Source: an uncultured Gammaproteobacteria bacterium (lineage in GTDB: Bacteria; Patescibacteriota; Microgenomatia; UBA8517). From it: 64,000 nt of DNA. Location: the NCBI GenBank assembly GCA_964524515.1, contig CAZGEA010000001.1:169522-233521 (forward strand). The letters run 5' to 3'. The notes beneath the pieces are model-generated. The model saw only the letters and a program-made list of their open reading frames with translations, did not search any database and was not told where the DNA came from. Every line of letters begins with the position of its first letter. The first letter of the stretch is position 1. Shown here piece after piece: positions 26,768 through 36,013 of the stretch. A program made the translations under genes and the position numbers.

Positions 26768-29704
26768 TTACCCTAAGTGGTGTAAAAGCGCCTCCCCGGT
26801 ATGAGATTTAAGGTTCTTTTTTATCTCACTTGGTGTGCCTTCTGATATTATCTTTCCTCCACCATCCCCGCCTTCTGGTCCCAAATCAATAATCCAATCA
26901 GAATTAGCAATAACATCCAAATTATGCTCAATTACAACAACAGTATTTCCTTTTGCAACCAATAATTTCAAAACCTTCATTAATTTTTCCAAATCAACAA
27001 AATGAAGACCAGTTGTAGGTTCATCCAAAATATAAAGTGTCTTTCCAGTTGCTCTCTTTGATAATTCACTTGAAAGCTTAACCCTCTGAGCTTCTCCTCC
27101 CGAAAGCGTTGTTGCAGGTTGGCCCAACTCAACATATTCCAATCCAACTTCAGCCAAAGTATCTAATTTTGTCATAATTGGCGTATAAATATGAAAAAAT
27201 TCTTGAGCTTCAGAAACTGTCATTTTAAGTACTTCTGATATATTTTTTCCTTTATAAACCACATCAAGTGTTTGAGAATTATACCGAGCACCTTTACAAA
27301 CGTCACAAGTAACCCAAATATCAGGCATAAATTGCATTTCAATCTTAACTTGACCTTGCCCTTCGCAAGATTCACATCTTCCCCCTTTTACGTTAAATGA
27401 AAATCTTCCTCTGCCAAAACCTAAATTCTTTGCTTCTTTAGTGTTTGCAAATATATCTCGAATTAAATCAAAAAGTTTTGTGTAAGTTGCAGGATTACTT
27501 CTCGGTGTTCTTCCAATTGGAGATTGATCAATCAATATTACTTTATCAATTTCTTCAATTCCTTCAATACTTTTAAATTCACCAGGAATTTCTCTATGTT
27601 CAGGATAAATCTTTGATGATGCTGCATGGTACAAAGTATCAACTATCAAAGTGCTTTTTCCACTTCCTGAAACACCAGTAATTGAAACCAATTTTCCAAG
27701 TGGAATACTTAAATCAACATTGTCTAAATTATTCTCAGTTGCTCCTTTCAATTTTAAATACTTCTGATTCACCTCTCGAAGATTATTTTTGCCAACATTT
27801 GGAATAACAATTCTATTTCCCTTCTTTAAATATTTTCCAGTCACAGAATTTTTATTATCAGCAAGCTCTTGTGCAGTTCCATGAGCCACAATCGCTCCAC
27901 CAAATTTCCCAGCCTTTGGGCCAAAATCAAATATGTAATCAGATTCACGCATAATCTCTTCATCATGTTCAACAACCAAAAGTGTATTACCCAAGTCTCG
28001 AAGCTTCTTTAAAGTTTCAATTAATCTTTTATTGTCCCGAGGATGCAAACCAATTGTTGGCTCATCCAATACATACAAAACTCCAGTTAATCCTGATCCA
28101 ATTTGAGATGCAAGTCTAATTCTTTGAGCCTCACCACCTGCAAGTGTTTCAGCACTACGCGATAATGTAAGATAAGACAAACCAACATCCAATAAAAACT
28201 TCAATCTTAATGTAATTTCTTTCAATACTAATCCAATAATCTCTTTCTCTTTCTCATTCAAAATTCCTTCATTTTGAATTTTATTTATCCAATCATATGT
28301 TTTTGAAATTGTTAAATCACAAATTTGTGCAATTGATTGATCATTAATTGTTACACTTAACGATTCAATTTTAAGCCTTGAGCCATTACACTCAGGACAA
28401 ACAGCCTCATACATATATTTTGATAATGAATTTCTACTATGCTCTGATTGTGATTCAATAAATCTCTTCTCAAGAGTGGTTTTAATTCCAGCAAAAGTCT
28501 CAACAATATATGTTTTCCTGCCAAATCTATTTGTACCTTCTACATTATATTCACGGCTTCCAGTTCCATCTAAAAGTAACTGAATATGCTCTTTTGAAAG
28601 TTTTGAAATATTTATATTTGTTGGAATACTATTAGCCTCACAAACAGTCTTAATCAATCTTGAATACCATGTATCATGTTCAAAAACTGTAGAAAATGGC
28701 AAAATTCCACCTTCTAAAATTGAAAGTTCAAGCGAAAACACAGAATCAGGATTAACTTGAAGAATTTTTCCTAATCCATTACATTTCTCACAAGCACCAT
28801 GTGGGGTATTAAACGAAAACATTCTTGGCTCAACTTCAGGAATTTGTACGTTATCAAAGGGACAAGCAAATTTTTCTGAAAACAAAAAATCCTCAAAATC
28901 TTTTGGGTTCTCTGGAAAATCAAATGATTTATCACCAACAATTGATAAAATAACTAATCCATCTGATAATTTCAAAGCCTGTTCAACTGAATCATGCAAT
29001 CGAGACATTACACTATCTTTGGAAACTTCATCTTTCAATTGTGATACATCCAGACTAAAACGATCAACAACTGCATCAATAGTGTGTTTATTTGTTTTAA
29101 TTAAAACCAAATCTTCATCAAGTGATTTAATATTTTTGTCAACTCTAACTCTTCTAAAACCTTGTGCCTTAATATTTGAAAACAGTGATGAATATTCACC
29201 CTTACGATCAGAAACTAATGGTGATAATAAATATGCTCGAGCTATTTTTGATTTTTTTGTTTCAGTCTCAAGTTGAGAAAAAATCTTACCAACAATTTGA
29301 TCAATACTTTGAGATGAAATCTCTCGGCCACAAACAGGACAATGTGGGTGCCCAACTCGAGCAAATAAAAGCCTAAAATAATCATAAATTTCAGTAACAG
29401 TTCCCACAGTCGATCTTGGGTTGTGAGTTGTAGTTTTTTGATCAATTGAAATTGCAGGAGATAATCCTTCAATACTATCCATATCAGGTTTTTGCATTAC
29501 TCCCAAAAATTGCCGTGCATATGAAGACAAACTCTCAACATATCTTCTCTGGCCTTCAGCATAAATTGTATCAAACGCCAAAGAGCTTTTTCCGCTTCCA
29601 GAAACTCCAGTAAAAACCACAAAATCCCCTTTTGGAATGTCTAAATCAACATTCTTCAAATTGTGTTGTCTCGCGCCGCGAACTTTAATATATTCTTTAG
29701 TCAT
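26768..29704 (-). CDS. uvrA: excinuclease ABC subunit A
   Basis: 978 aa with two ABC ATPase modules (GVSGSGKSSLAF and GVSGSGKSTL; LSGGE twice) and zinc-finger cysteines. Confidence 0.95.
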   Translation of the reverse strand: MTKEYIKVRGARQHNLKNVDLDIPKGDFVVFTGVSGSGKSSLAFDTIYAEGQRRYVESLSSYARQFLGVMQKPDMDSIEGLSPAISIDQKTTTHNPRSTVGTVTEIYDYFRLLFARVGHPHCPVCGREISSQSIDQIVGKIFSQLETETKKSKIARAYLLSPLVSDRKGEYSSLFSNIKAQGFRRVRVDKNIKSLDEDLVLIKTNKHTIDAVVDRFSLDVSQLKDEVSKDSVMSRLHDSVEQALKLSDGLVILSIVGDKSFDFPENPKDFEDFLFSEKFACPFDNVQIPEVEPRMFSFNTPHGACEKCNGLGKILQVNPDSVFSLELSILEGGILPFSTVFEHDTWYSRLIKTVCEANSIPTNINISKLSKEHIQLLLDGTGSREYNVEGTNRFGRKTYIVETFAGIKTTLEKRFIESQSEHSRNSLSKYMYEAVCPECNGSRLKIESLSVTINDQSIAQICDLTISKTYDWINKIQNEGILNEKEKEIIGLVLKEITLRLKFLLDVGLSYLTLSRSAETLAGGEAQRIRLASQIGSGLTGVLYVLDEPTIGLHPRDNKRLIETLKKLRDLGNTLLVVEHDEEIMRESDYIFDFGPKAGKFGGAIVAHGTAQELADNKNSVTGKYLKKGNRIVIPNVGKNNLREVNQKYLKLKGATENNLDNVDLSIPLGKLVSITGVSGSGKSTLIVDTLYHAASSKIYPEHREIPGEFKSIEGIEEIDKVILIDQSPIGRTPRSNPATYTKLFDLIRDIFANTKEAKNLGFGRGRFSFNVKGGRCESCEGQGQVKIEMQFMPDIWVTCDVCKGARYNSQTLDVVYKGKNISEVLKMTVSEAQEFFHIYTPIMTKLDTLAEVGLEYVELGQPATTLSGGEAQRVKLSSELSKRATGKTLYILDEPTTGLHFVDLEKLMKVLKLLVAKGNTVVVIEHNLDVIANSDWIIDLGPEGGDGGGKIISEGTPSEIKKNLKSHTGEALLHHLG

Positions 29705-29743
29705 AAAATCTTATCGAACGAATGCTATCAAACGTATATTATA

Positions 29744-31765
29744 TCAAGAAACAGAAGCCTCTATCTTTTTGATGGTATCTCGTATCTCCAAAGCAAGTTC
29801 AAAATCAAGTTCATCCGCTGCCTGTTTCATTTCAGATTTAAGCCTACTAATTAATTTCTTCTTTTCCATTGGAGTCAAAGCTGTTGGATCAAACTTTGAA
29901 AAATTAATATTAATGGATTCAAGTGAACGCTCTATTTGATTATCAGGAGATTCTTCGTGTTCAGCAATCTTTGCTCTAATTGGCTTAATTATCCCTTTCG
30001 GGTCGATATTATGTATTTTGTTGTATTCAATTTGATATTCACGTCGCCTATCAATTTCTGATAGTGCCCTCTCCATTGATCCAGTAATTCGATCTGCATA
30101 CAAAATAACTTTTCCTTCCAAGTGGCGAGCAGCTCTACCCATTGTTTGAATCAAAGAAACATCACTTCTCAAAAAACCTTCACGATCAGCATCCAATATT
30201 GCCACCAAACTAACTTCAGGCAAATCCAATCCCTCACGCAAAAGATTCACTCCAACCAAACAATCATACGTTCCAAGTCTCAAGTTATCCAAAATATCCG
30301 TGCGTTCCAAAGTTTTAACATCTGAATGTAAGTATGCAACTTTGAGCCCTTCTTCTTTTAAAAATTCAGAAATATCCTCTGCCGTTCGCTTAGTTAATGT
30401 AGTCACCAAAACACGTTCTCCTTTTTTGGCACGAATATGAACTTCTTTAATAACATCACGTACTTGGCCTTCAATTGGGCGAATTTCAACAGTTGGATCA
30501 GGAATTCCAGTTGGTCTTACTAATTGCTCCACAATATGCCCTTCGCTCATTGATAATTCCCAATCAGAAGGAGTAGCAGAAACAGCCACAAAATTCTTAA
30601 CTTGCCTCATAAACTCTTCAAATTTCAAAGGTCTATTATCAAGTGCTGATGGCAATCTAAATCCATAATCAATTAATGTATTTTTTCGAGAAAAATCCCC
30701 AGAATACATTCCTCTTATTTGAGGAAAAGTAATATGGCTTTCATCAACCATCAATATCCATTTATCACCATATGTAAGATTGAAATAATCAATTAAAGTA
30801 TATGGAGGGTCTCCAGGTTGTCTTCCATCAAAATATCTTGAATAATTCTCAATTCCCTTCACATAACCCAACTCTTGAACCATCTCTAAATCATAATTAA
30901 CTTTCTGTGAAATTCTATTTGCTTCCAATAATTTTCCCTCTCCTTTTAGTTTATTAACTTGAATATCCAAATCGTTTTTAATGTGTTCAAAAACGCTACT
31001 ATATTTCCTTGGATCGGTCATATAATGCTTTGCTGGGTACAAAACATATGCATCCATTGTTTTTTTAATCACATCTCCACTAATCGGATCAAAAGAAGAA
31101 ATATTTTTAATTATATTTCCTTCAAACTCAACTGATATTCCAATATCTTCATATGCCGGGTACATATCAACAATATCTCCTCGCACTCTAAATGTTCCAC
31201 GATGAAATCCAAAATCAGACCTTTCATACTGCAAACTTGTAATCGCATCAAGCATTTGCCCTCTATCATAATTTCTTCCAATTTTAAGTTCCAAAACAAA
31301 ATTCCCATATTCTTTTGGAGATCCAATGTTGTAAATACAAGAAACACTTGAAACTACAATTACATCATTTCGAGTAAGTATGTTAGTAGTTGCAGCAAGA
31401 CGAAGTTTATCAATTAATTCATTAACAGAAGAATCTTTTTCAATATAAGTATCAGTTGATGGAATATAGGCCTCAGGCTGATAATAATCATAATAAGAAA
31501 CAAAATAAGAAACTGCATTCTCTGGAAAAAAATCACGAAATTCCTGATAAAGCTGTCCGGCTAATGTTTTATTATGTGATATCAACAAAGTTGGCCATTG
31601 AAGTTTTTCAATAACATTTGCCATTGTAAAAGTTTTTCCACTCCCAGTTACCCCTAAAAGTGTTTGGTAAGAAACACCTTTTTTAAGGTTTTCTGCTATC
31701 TTTTCGATAGCCTGAGGTTGGTCCCCAGTAGGCTTGTATTTGGTTTTTAAAACAAAAGGAGTCAT
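29744..31765 (-). CDS. uvrB: excinuclease ABC subunit B
   Basis: Helicase motifs GVTGSGKT, DESH, beta-hairpin and C-terminal UVR domain. Start taken at ATG 31765 (MTPFVL..GDQP); the ORF-track start at 31801 adds 12 residues. Confidence 0.95.
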   Translation of the reverse strand: MTPFVLKTKYKPTGDQPQAIEKIAENLKKGVSYQTLLGVTGSGKTFTMANVIEKLQWPTLLISHNKTLAGQLYQEFRDFFPENAVSYFVSYYDYYQPEAYIPSTDTYIEKDSSVNELIDKLRLAATTNILTRNDVIVVSSVSCIYNIGSPKEYGNFVLELKIGRNYDRGQMLDAITSLQYERSDFGFHRGTFRVRGDIVDMYPAYEDIGISVEFEGNIIKNISSFDPISGDVIKKTMDAYVLYPAKHYMTDPRKYSSVFEHIKNDLDIQVNKLKGEGKLLEANRISQKVNYDLEMVQELGYVKGIENYSRYFDGRQPGDPPYTLIDYFNLTYGDKWILMVDESHITFPQIRGMYSGDFSRKNTLIDYGFRLPSALDNRPLKFEEFMRQVKNFVAVSATPSDWELSMSEGHIVEQLVRPTGIPDPTVEIRPIEGQVRDVIKEVHIRAKKGERVLVTTLTKRTAEDISEFLKEEGLKVAYLHSDVKTLERTDILDNLRLGTYDCLVGVNLLREGLDLPEVSLVAILDADREGFLRSDVSLIQTMGRAARHLEGKVILYADRITGSMERALSEIDRRREYQIEYNKIHNIDPKGIIKPIRAKIAEHEESPDNQIERSLESININFSKFDPTALTPMEKKKLISRLKSEMKQAADELDFELALEIRDTIKKIEASVS

Positions 31766-31810
31766 CTCTATATAATATACCCAAAATTTTACCGAAATCA
31801 ACTGCCCAAA

Positions 31811-31852
31811 TCAAAAAATAAAGGAGCATCTTTAATGTTTTAAAAATGCTCC
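31811..31852 (-). terminator. intrinsic terminator for the minus-strand small gene, upstream of the uvrB promoter
   Basis: 7-bp stem ggagcat / atgctcc. On the minus strand it is followed by tttatttttt. Confidence 0.45.
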
Positions 31853-31859
31853 AAAAAAT

Positions 31860-32060
31860 CTATCCCATCGTTACTTCAAAGACAATTCCGTTTTCAACTT
31901 TCAAATTTACACGATTTTCATCATAACTCATGTTGGCTTCAGCCGATACTTGATGACCATCTACCCATCTTTCAATCCGATATACAATTTTCTCTTCTGC
32001 TTCATCAAGTGTTTGACAAGCCCTGCGCTCTGTCAATCCAATCAAACTTTTTACATCCAT
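31860..32060 (-). CDS. small protein with weak resemblance to I78-family peptidase inhibitors
   Basis: 66 aa. The pattern C..........YRIERW..G..V......YDENRVNL.VENG.V..V resembles the I78 fold signature. Low certainty. Confidence 0.3.
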   Translation of the reverse strand: MDVKSLIGLTERRACQTLDEAEEKIVYRIERWVDGHQVSAEANMSYDENRVNLKVENGIVFEVTMG

Positions 32061-32083
32061 TGTCTTTTGCTCCTAATTCTTTG

Positions 32084-32353
32084 CTATTTAACATTACCAG
32101 TAACATCAATAATAAAACCAATAACTGCACCAATACAAGGAAGGATCCAAAAACCCCATATACTCAACAAAAGTGAACCTCCTAAAGCAAAAAAATCATC
32201 GCTTCCATATGGCCTAGCGAATAACCAAAAAATTGAACCAACAAATAATAATACTTCAAGTATTATTCCCACTATAAAACCTCTTATTGTATACATAGAA
32301 ACTCCTTTAAAAGAACAATCTGTATCGTTTTGTTGCAGCCAAATATAACACAA
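32084..32353 (-). CDS. small two-TM membrane protein, hypothetical; divergent from lexA
   Basis: 89 aa ORF, about 70 aa if started at the internal MYTIRG. Two hydrophobic helices. Confidence 0.35.
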   Translation of the reverse strand: MCYIWLQQNDTDCSFKGVSMYTIRGFIVGIILEVLLFVGSIFWLFARPYGSDDFFALGGSLLLSIWGFWILPCIGAVIGFIIDVTGNVK

Positions 32354-32433
32354 ACAAAATTTTAACTCAAATTAAGGCTAAACTAAAAATTACTCTATTG
32401 ACAACTTCGGGTATTGTTTGTAAATTGTGTCTT

Positions 32434-33060
32434 ATGGCACCAGTAATTTACAGAAGACAAAAACAAATTTTAGACTTTATTCGTCAACACATCCAAGCAT
32501 ATGGATATGCCCCAACTCTCCGCCAAATTGCTGATTCAATCGGAGTTTCATCTCTTGCAACAGTGCACGAACATCTAGAATCCCTTGAAGCTAAAAAATT
32601 AATAACCAGAAAGCCAGGACGAACAAGATCAATTCACTTACCAGACGAAGTCTATTCTTTTCAAGAAAACTATACCGAAATGGTTGTTCCAGTGTTAGGT
32701 TTCATTGCAGCAGGAACTCCAATCGAGCCATATCCTGATCCAAATGCCATGATGAATATTCCTGGAACTTTTGCATCAAAAAATAAAAGAATTTATGTTC
32801 TACAAGTTAAAGGAGAATCAATGATAGAAGATCACATAAGAGATGGAGACAATGTAATTATAGAAGAAACAGCAGTTGCCAGAAATGGTGAGATTGTTGT
32901 TGCACTTCTAGATAATGGAGTTGCCACTTTAAAAAGATTTTACAAAGAACCAAAAAGGATCAGACTTGAACCAGCAAATTCTACAATGAAACCAATTTTT
33001 GCAAAAAATGTAAAAATACAGGGAAAATTAATCGGATTAATTAGAAAATATTCAAACTAA
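32434..33060 (+). CDS. lexA: LexA repressor (S24 peptidase)
   Basis: N-terminal winged HTH (RRQKQILDFIRQH..GYAPTLRQIA), cleavage-site region, catalytic Ser in GESM and Lys in TLKRF. The ORF-track TTG at 32398 is probably too far upstream. Confidence 0.85.
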   Translation: MAPVIYRRQKQILDFIRQHIQAYGYAPTLRQIADSIGVSSLATVHEHLESLEAKKLITRKPGRTRSIHLPDEVYSFQENYTEMVVPVLGFIAAGTPIEPYPDPNAMMNIPGTFASKNKRIYVLQVKGESMIEDHIRDGDNVIIEETAVARNGEIVVALLDNGVATLKRFYKEPKRIRLEPANSTMKPIFAKNVKIQGKLIGLIRKYSN

Positions 33061-34718
33061 AAAATTCCCTCCAATAGATTTCTTCCCATCATCGATGAAG
33101 GCACACTCAAATTAAGCAACTTAAGAATTGTTGGTGCCACATCAGCCAACACTCCTGATTGAATTTGATTTTGCCTACCTGCCAAACTTTTTGAAATCAC
33201 CAAAAACGGAACTGGATTACCACTATGTTCTGTATCACGCTCGCCAGTTGTATGATTTAACATTTCCTCAGCGTTTCCATGATCAGCAGTCAAAATCAAT
33301 ATTCCATCTGTTGCCAAAACAAAGCTAGCAAGTTTATAAATACATTTATCCAAAGTCTCACAAGCTTCAATTGCTGAATTCAAATTTCCAGTGTGGCCCA
33401 CCATATCAGCGTTTGCATAATTAATTAAAACAAAAGAAAATCCCAGATCAGATCGAAGTTTTGAAAGCAATGCATCAGTCATCTCTAAAGCCGACATTTC
33501 AGGTTTTAAATCATAAGTTGCTACTTTAGGTGATGGCACAATCAATCTTTCTTCTCCAACAAACGGATTTTCCCTCAATCCATTAAAATAAAAAGTAACA
33601 AACCTTTCCTTTTCAGATTCAGAGACTCTAAGCTGTCGCAATCCAGCTTCTGAAATTACACGTCCCAAAGGCAACTCAACAACTTCAGGAGGATATGCAA
33701 CATGCGCTCCACTTTCAACAATAGATTTTTCATATTCTGTCATTGTCACAAAATACAAATTACTCAAAAGTTTCCCTCGCTCAAATGCATAATCATGAAC
33801 AGGCTGGGAATGCACATGCTTTTTTTCATACTTAACTAAATAAGGATCAAAATCTTCTTTTTGACTTCCTGTAAAATCTTTTAACAAAAAAGCTTTAGTC
33901 AATTGTCTTGGTCTATCAATCCTAAAATTAAAAAATATCACCGAATCATTTTCCTCAATTAATCCAATTGGTTTATTTTTACTATCAACAATCAAAGAAG
34001 GTTCAATAAACTCATCAGTTTTTCCATCGCTATAAGACTTATCAATTGCTGATTCAAAATCAGTAAAAAAATTCCCTTGCCCTTTTGTTAATGCAAAATA
34101 TGCTTTTGCAGTTCGCTCCCATCGGTGATCACGATCCATTGCCCAATAACGGCCCATTATTGATGCAACTTGGCCCACTCCTTCTTTTTTAATAACATCA
34201 CTTAATTCCTGGAAATAGATCTTGGCACTGGTTGGTGGTGAATCGCGTCCATCAGTAAACATATGCAGATAAACTTTTTCAGTTAAATTTTTCATTTTAA
34301 GTAAATGCAAAAGTGCAAATAAATGCTGCCTATCAGAATGTACCCCACCTGCACCCAATAATCCCATTAAATGAATTTTTGAATTATTTTTAGCAGCATG
34401 CTCAATTGCTCCAATTAAAGCTAAATTATTATAAATAGAACCATCAGCAATCGACATATTAATGCGTTCCAAGTCTTGATAAACAATTCGTCCTGCGCCC
34501 AAGTTCAAATGTCCCGTTTCAGTGTTTCCAACTTCACCACGAGGCAACCCCACAGCCTGACCAGAAGCCAACAGTTGAGTATGAGGATAAGTTGCAAAAT
34601 ATGAATTCAAATTAGGAAGTTTTGCAGAAGATATAGCATTTCCCTGTGTATTTGAAGAAATTCCCCATCCATCCAAAATCGCCAAAATTATAAATTTACT
34701 AGATGATGCTGGATTCAT
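33057..34718 (-). CDS. gpmI: 2,3-bisphosphoglycerate-independent phosphoglycerate mutase
   Basis: 553 aa with the N-terminal metal-binding region ILAILDGWG and full iPGM length. Confidence 0.9.
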   Translation of the reverse strand: MNPASSSKFIILAILDGWGISSNTQGNAISSAKLPNLNSYFATYPHTQLLASGQAVGLPRGEVGNTETGHLNLGAGRIVYQDLERINMSIADGSIYNNLALIGAIEHAAKNNSKIHLMGLLGAGGVHSDRQHLFALLHLLKMKNLTEKVYLHMFTDGRDSPPTSAKIYFQELSDVIKKEGVGQVASIMGRYWAMDRDHRWERTAKAYFALTKGQGNFFTDFESAIDKSYSDGKTDEFIEPSLIVDSKNKPIGLIEENDSVIFFNFRIDRPRQLTKAFLLKDFTGSQKEDFDPYLVKYEKKHVHSQPVHDYAFERGKLLSNLYFVTMTEYEKSIVESGAHVAYPPEVVELPLGRVISEAGLRQLRVSESEKERFVTFYFNGLRENPFVGEERLIVPSPKVATYDLKPEMSALEMTDALLSKLRSDLGFSFVLINYANADMVGHTGNLNSAIEACETLDKCIYKLASFVLATDGILILTADHGNAEEMLNHTTGERDTEHSGNPVPFLVISKSLAGRQNQIQSGVLADVAPTILKLLNLSVPSSMMGRNLLEGIF

Positions 34719-34735
34719 ACTGTTAAATCTTCCAT

Positions 34736-36007
34736 TTATTGTCTTGAAATAATCTCAAGCTCAATAGCAGAAAGACGGTTGTATTTTACCACCCTCTCAC
34801 CTCGAGATGGAGCACCAAACTTAACATATTCAGCATTAACTCCCACTGCAAAATCTGCAATAAACCAATCAGTAGTTTCCCCTGATCTATGAGATACATT
34901 TATTTTCCATTTAGCATCGCGCGCAATTTTAATTACCTCCAATGTTTCAGTAACAGTTCCAATTTGGTTTGGTTTAACCAATACTGCATTACAAGATTTT
35001 TCAGCGATAGCTTTTTTAATGCGTTCCGGGTTTGTAACTAATAAATCATCACCTACAACAAGCAATTGATCACCAAGCATTTCAGTAATTTTTTTCCATC
35101 CACTCCAAGCATCTTCAGTCAAAGGATCTTCCAAAATTGCCATGCGATACGTTTCATTTAATTCTTTATAATATTCAATAAAAGATGCTTCATCAATTGG
35201 AGCTGATTTGTCACGAATCGAATAAGTTCCATTACTATAAAAATTTGATGACGCCACGTCCAATCCCAAAAAAACATCACGTCCTAAAGTGTATGGAGTT
35301 TGTCTTATTGTATCAACCAAAATCTCAAGTGCATCAGCATTAGTAAACAAATTAGGTGCATATCCACCCTCATCTCCAACAGAATGAATTGCCCCACGTC
35401 TTTTAAGATTCTCACCTAAACTCAAATAAACTTCAGCTCCCAATTGAAGACTTTCAGCAAATGTTTTAATAGTAGCTGGAATCACAAAAAACTCTTGAAA
35501 ATCCAAGTTCCCTGCACCATGCAATCCACCATTTATCATATTAAAAACCGGTGTTGGCATTTTCCAAGTTGGAGTTAAAATTCCCATTTTATTTGCAAGA
35601 CCACGAACATATGAATAAGGTGGATTACCAGATACCAATGCTGCAGCTTTACAAACTACCAAAGAAACAGCAAGTGTACTATTTGCTCCAAGCTTGGATT
35701 TATTTGGAGTTCCATCCATACTTTTCAACTTATGATCAATCTCACTTTGCTGTGAAGCTTCCATTCCAACTACAGCAGGCCCCAAAATTGTATTTACATT
35801 ATTAACAGCTTTCAGTACTCCCTTTCCCTTAAAACGTGTTGGGTCATTATCCCGAAGTTCCAAAGCCTCATGTGTTCCAGTTGACGCTCCAGATGGAACT
35901 GATGCAATTGCAATATGTCCGGTATCCAATTGACATGCAGCCTCAACTGTTGGATTTCCACGGGAATCCAAAATCTCATTAGCCCAAAGTCTTGAAATTT
36001 TTGCCAT
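34736..36007 (-). CDS. eno: enolase
   Basis: N-terminal IxxRExLDSRGNPTVE-type sequence, the SHRSGETED-like SHRSGETTD motif and 423 aa. Confidence 0.95.
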   Translation of the reverse strand: MAKISRLWANEILDSRGNPTVEAACQLDTGHIAIASVPSGASTGTHEALELRDNDPTRFKGKGVLKAVNNVNTILGPAVVGMEASQQSEIDHKLKSMDGTPNKSKLGANSTLAVSLVVCKAAALVSGNPPYSYVRGLANKMGILTPTWKMPTPVFNMINGGLHGAGNLDFQEFFVIPATIKTFAESLQLGAEVYLSLGENLKRRGAIHSVGDEGGYAPNLFTNADALEILVDTIRQTPYTLGRDVFLGLDVASSNFYSNGTYSIRDKSAPIDEASFIEYYKELNETYRMAILEDPLTEDAWSGWKKITEMLGDQLLVVGDDLLVTNPERIKKAIAEKSCNAVLVKPNQIGTVTETLEVIKIARDAKWKINVSHRSGETTDWFIADFAVGVNAEYVKFGAPSRGERVVKYNRLSAIELEIISRQ

Positions 36008-36013
36008 TTAAAT

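Noticed and set aside
29705-29743. Cheo-type (GAAC-N4-GTTC) or E. coli-type LexA box upstream of uvrA
   Set aside because: Only a half-site-like CGAACG is present. There is no inverted partner.
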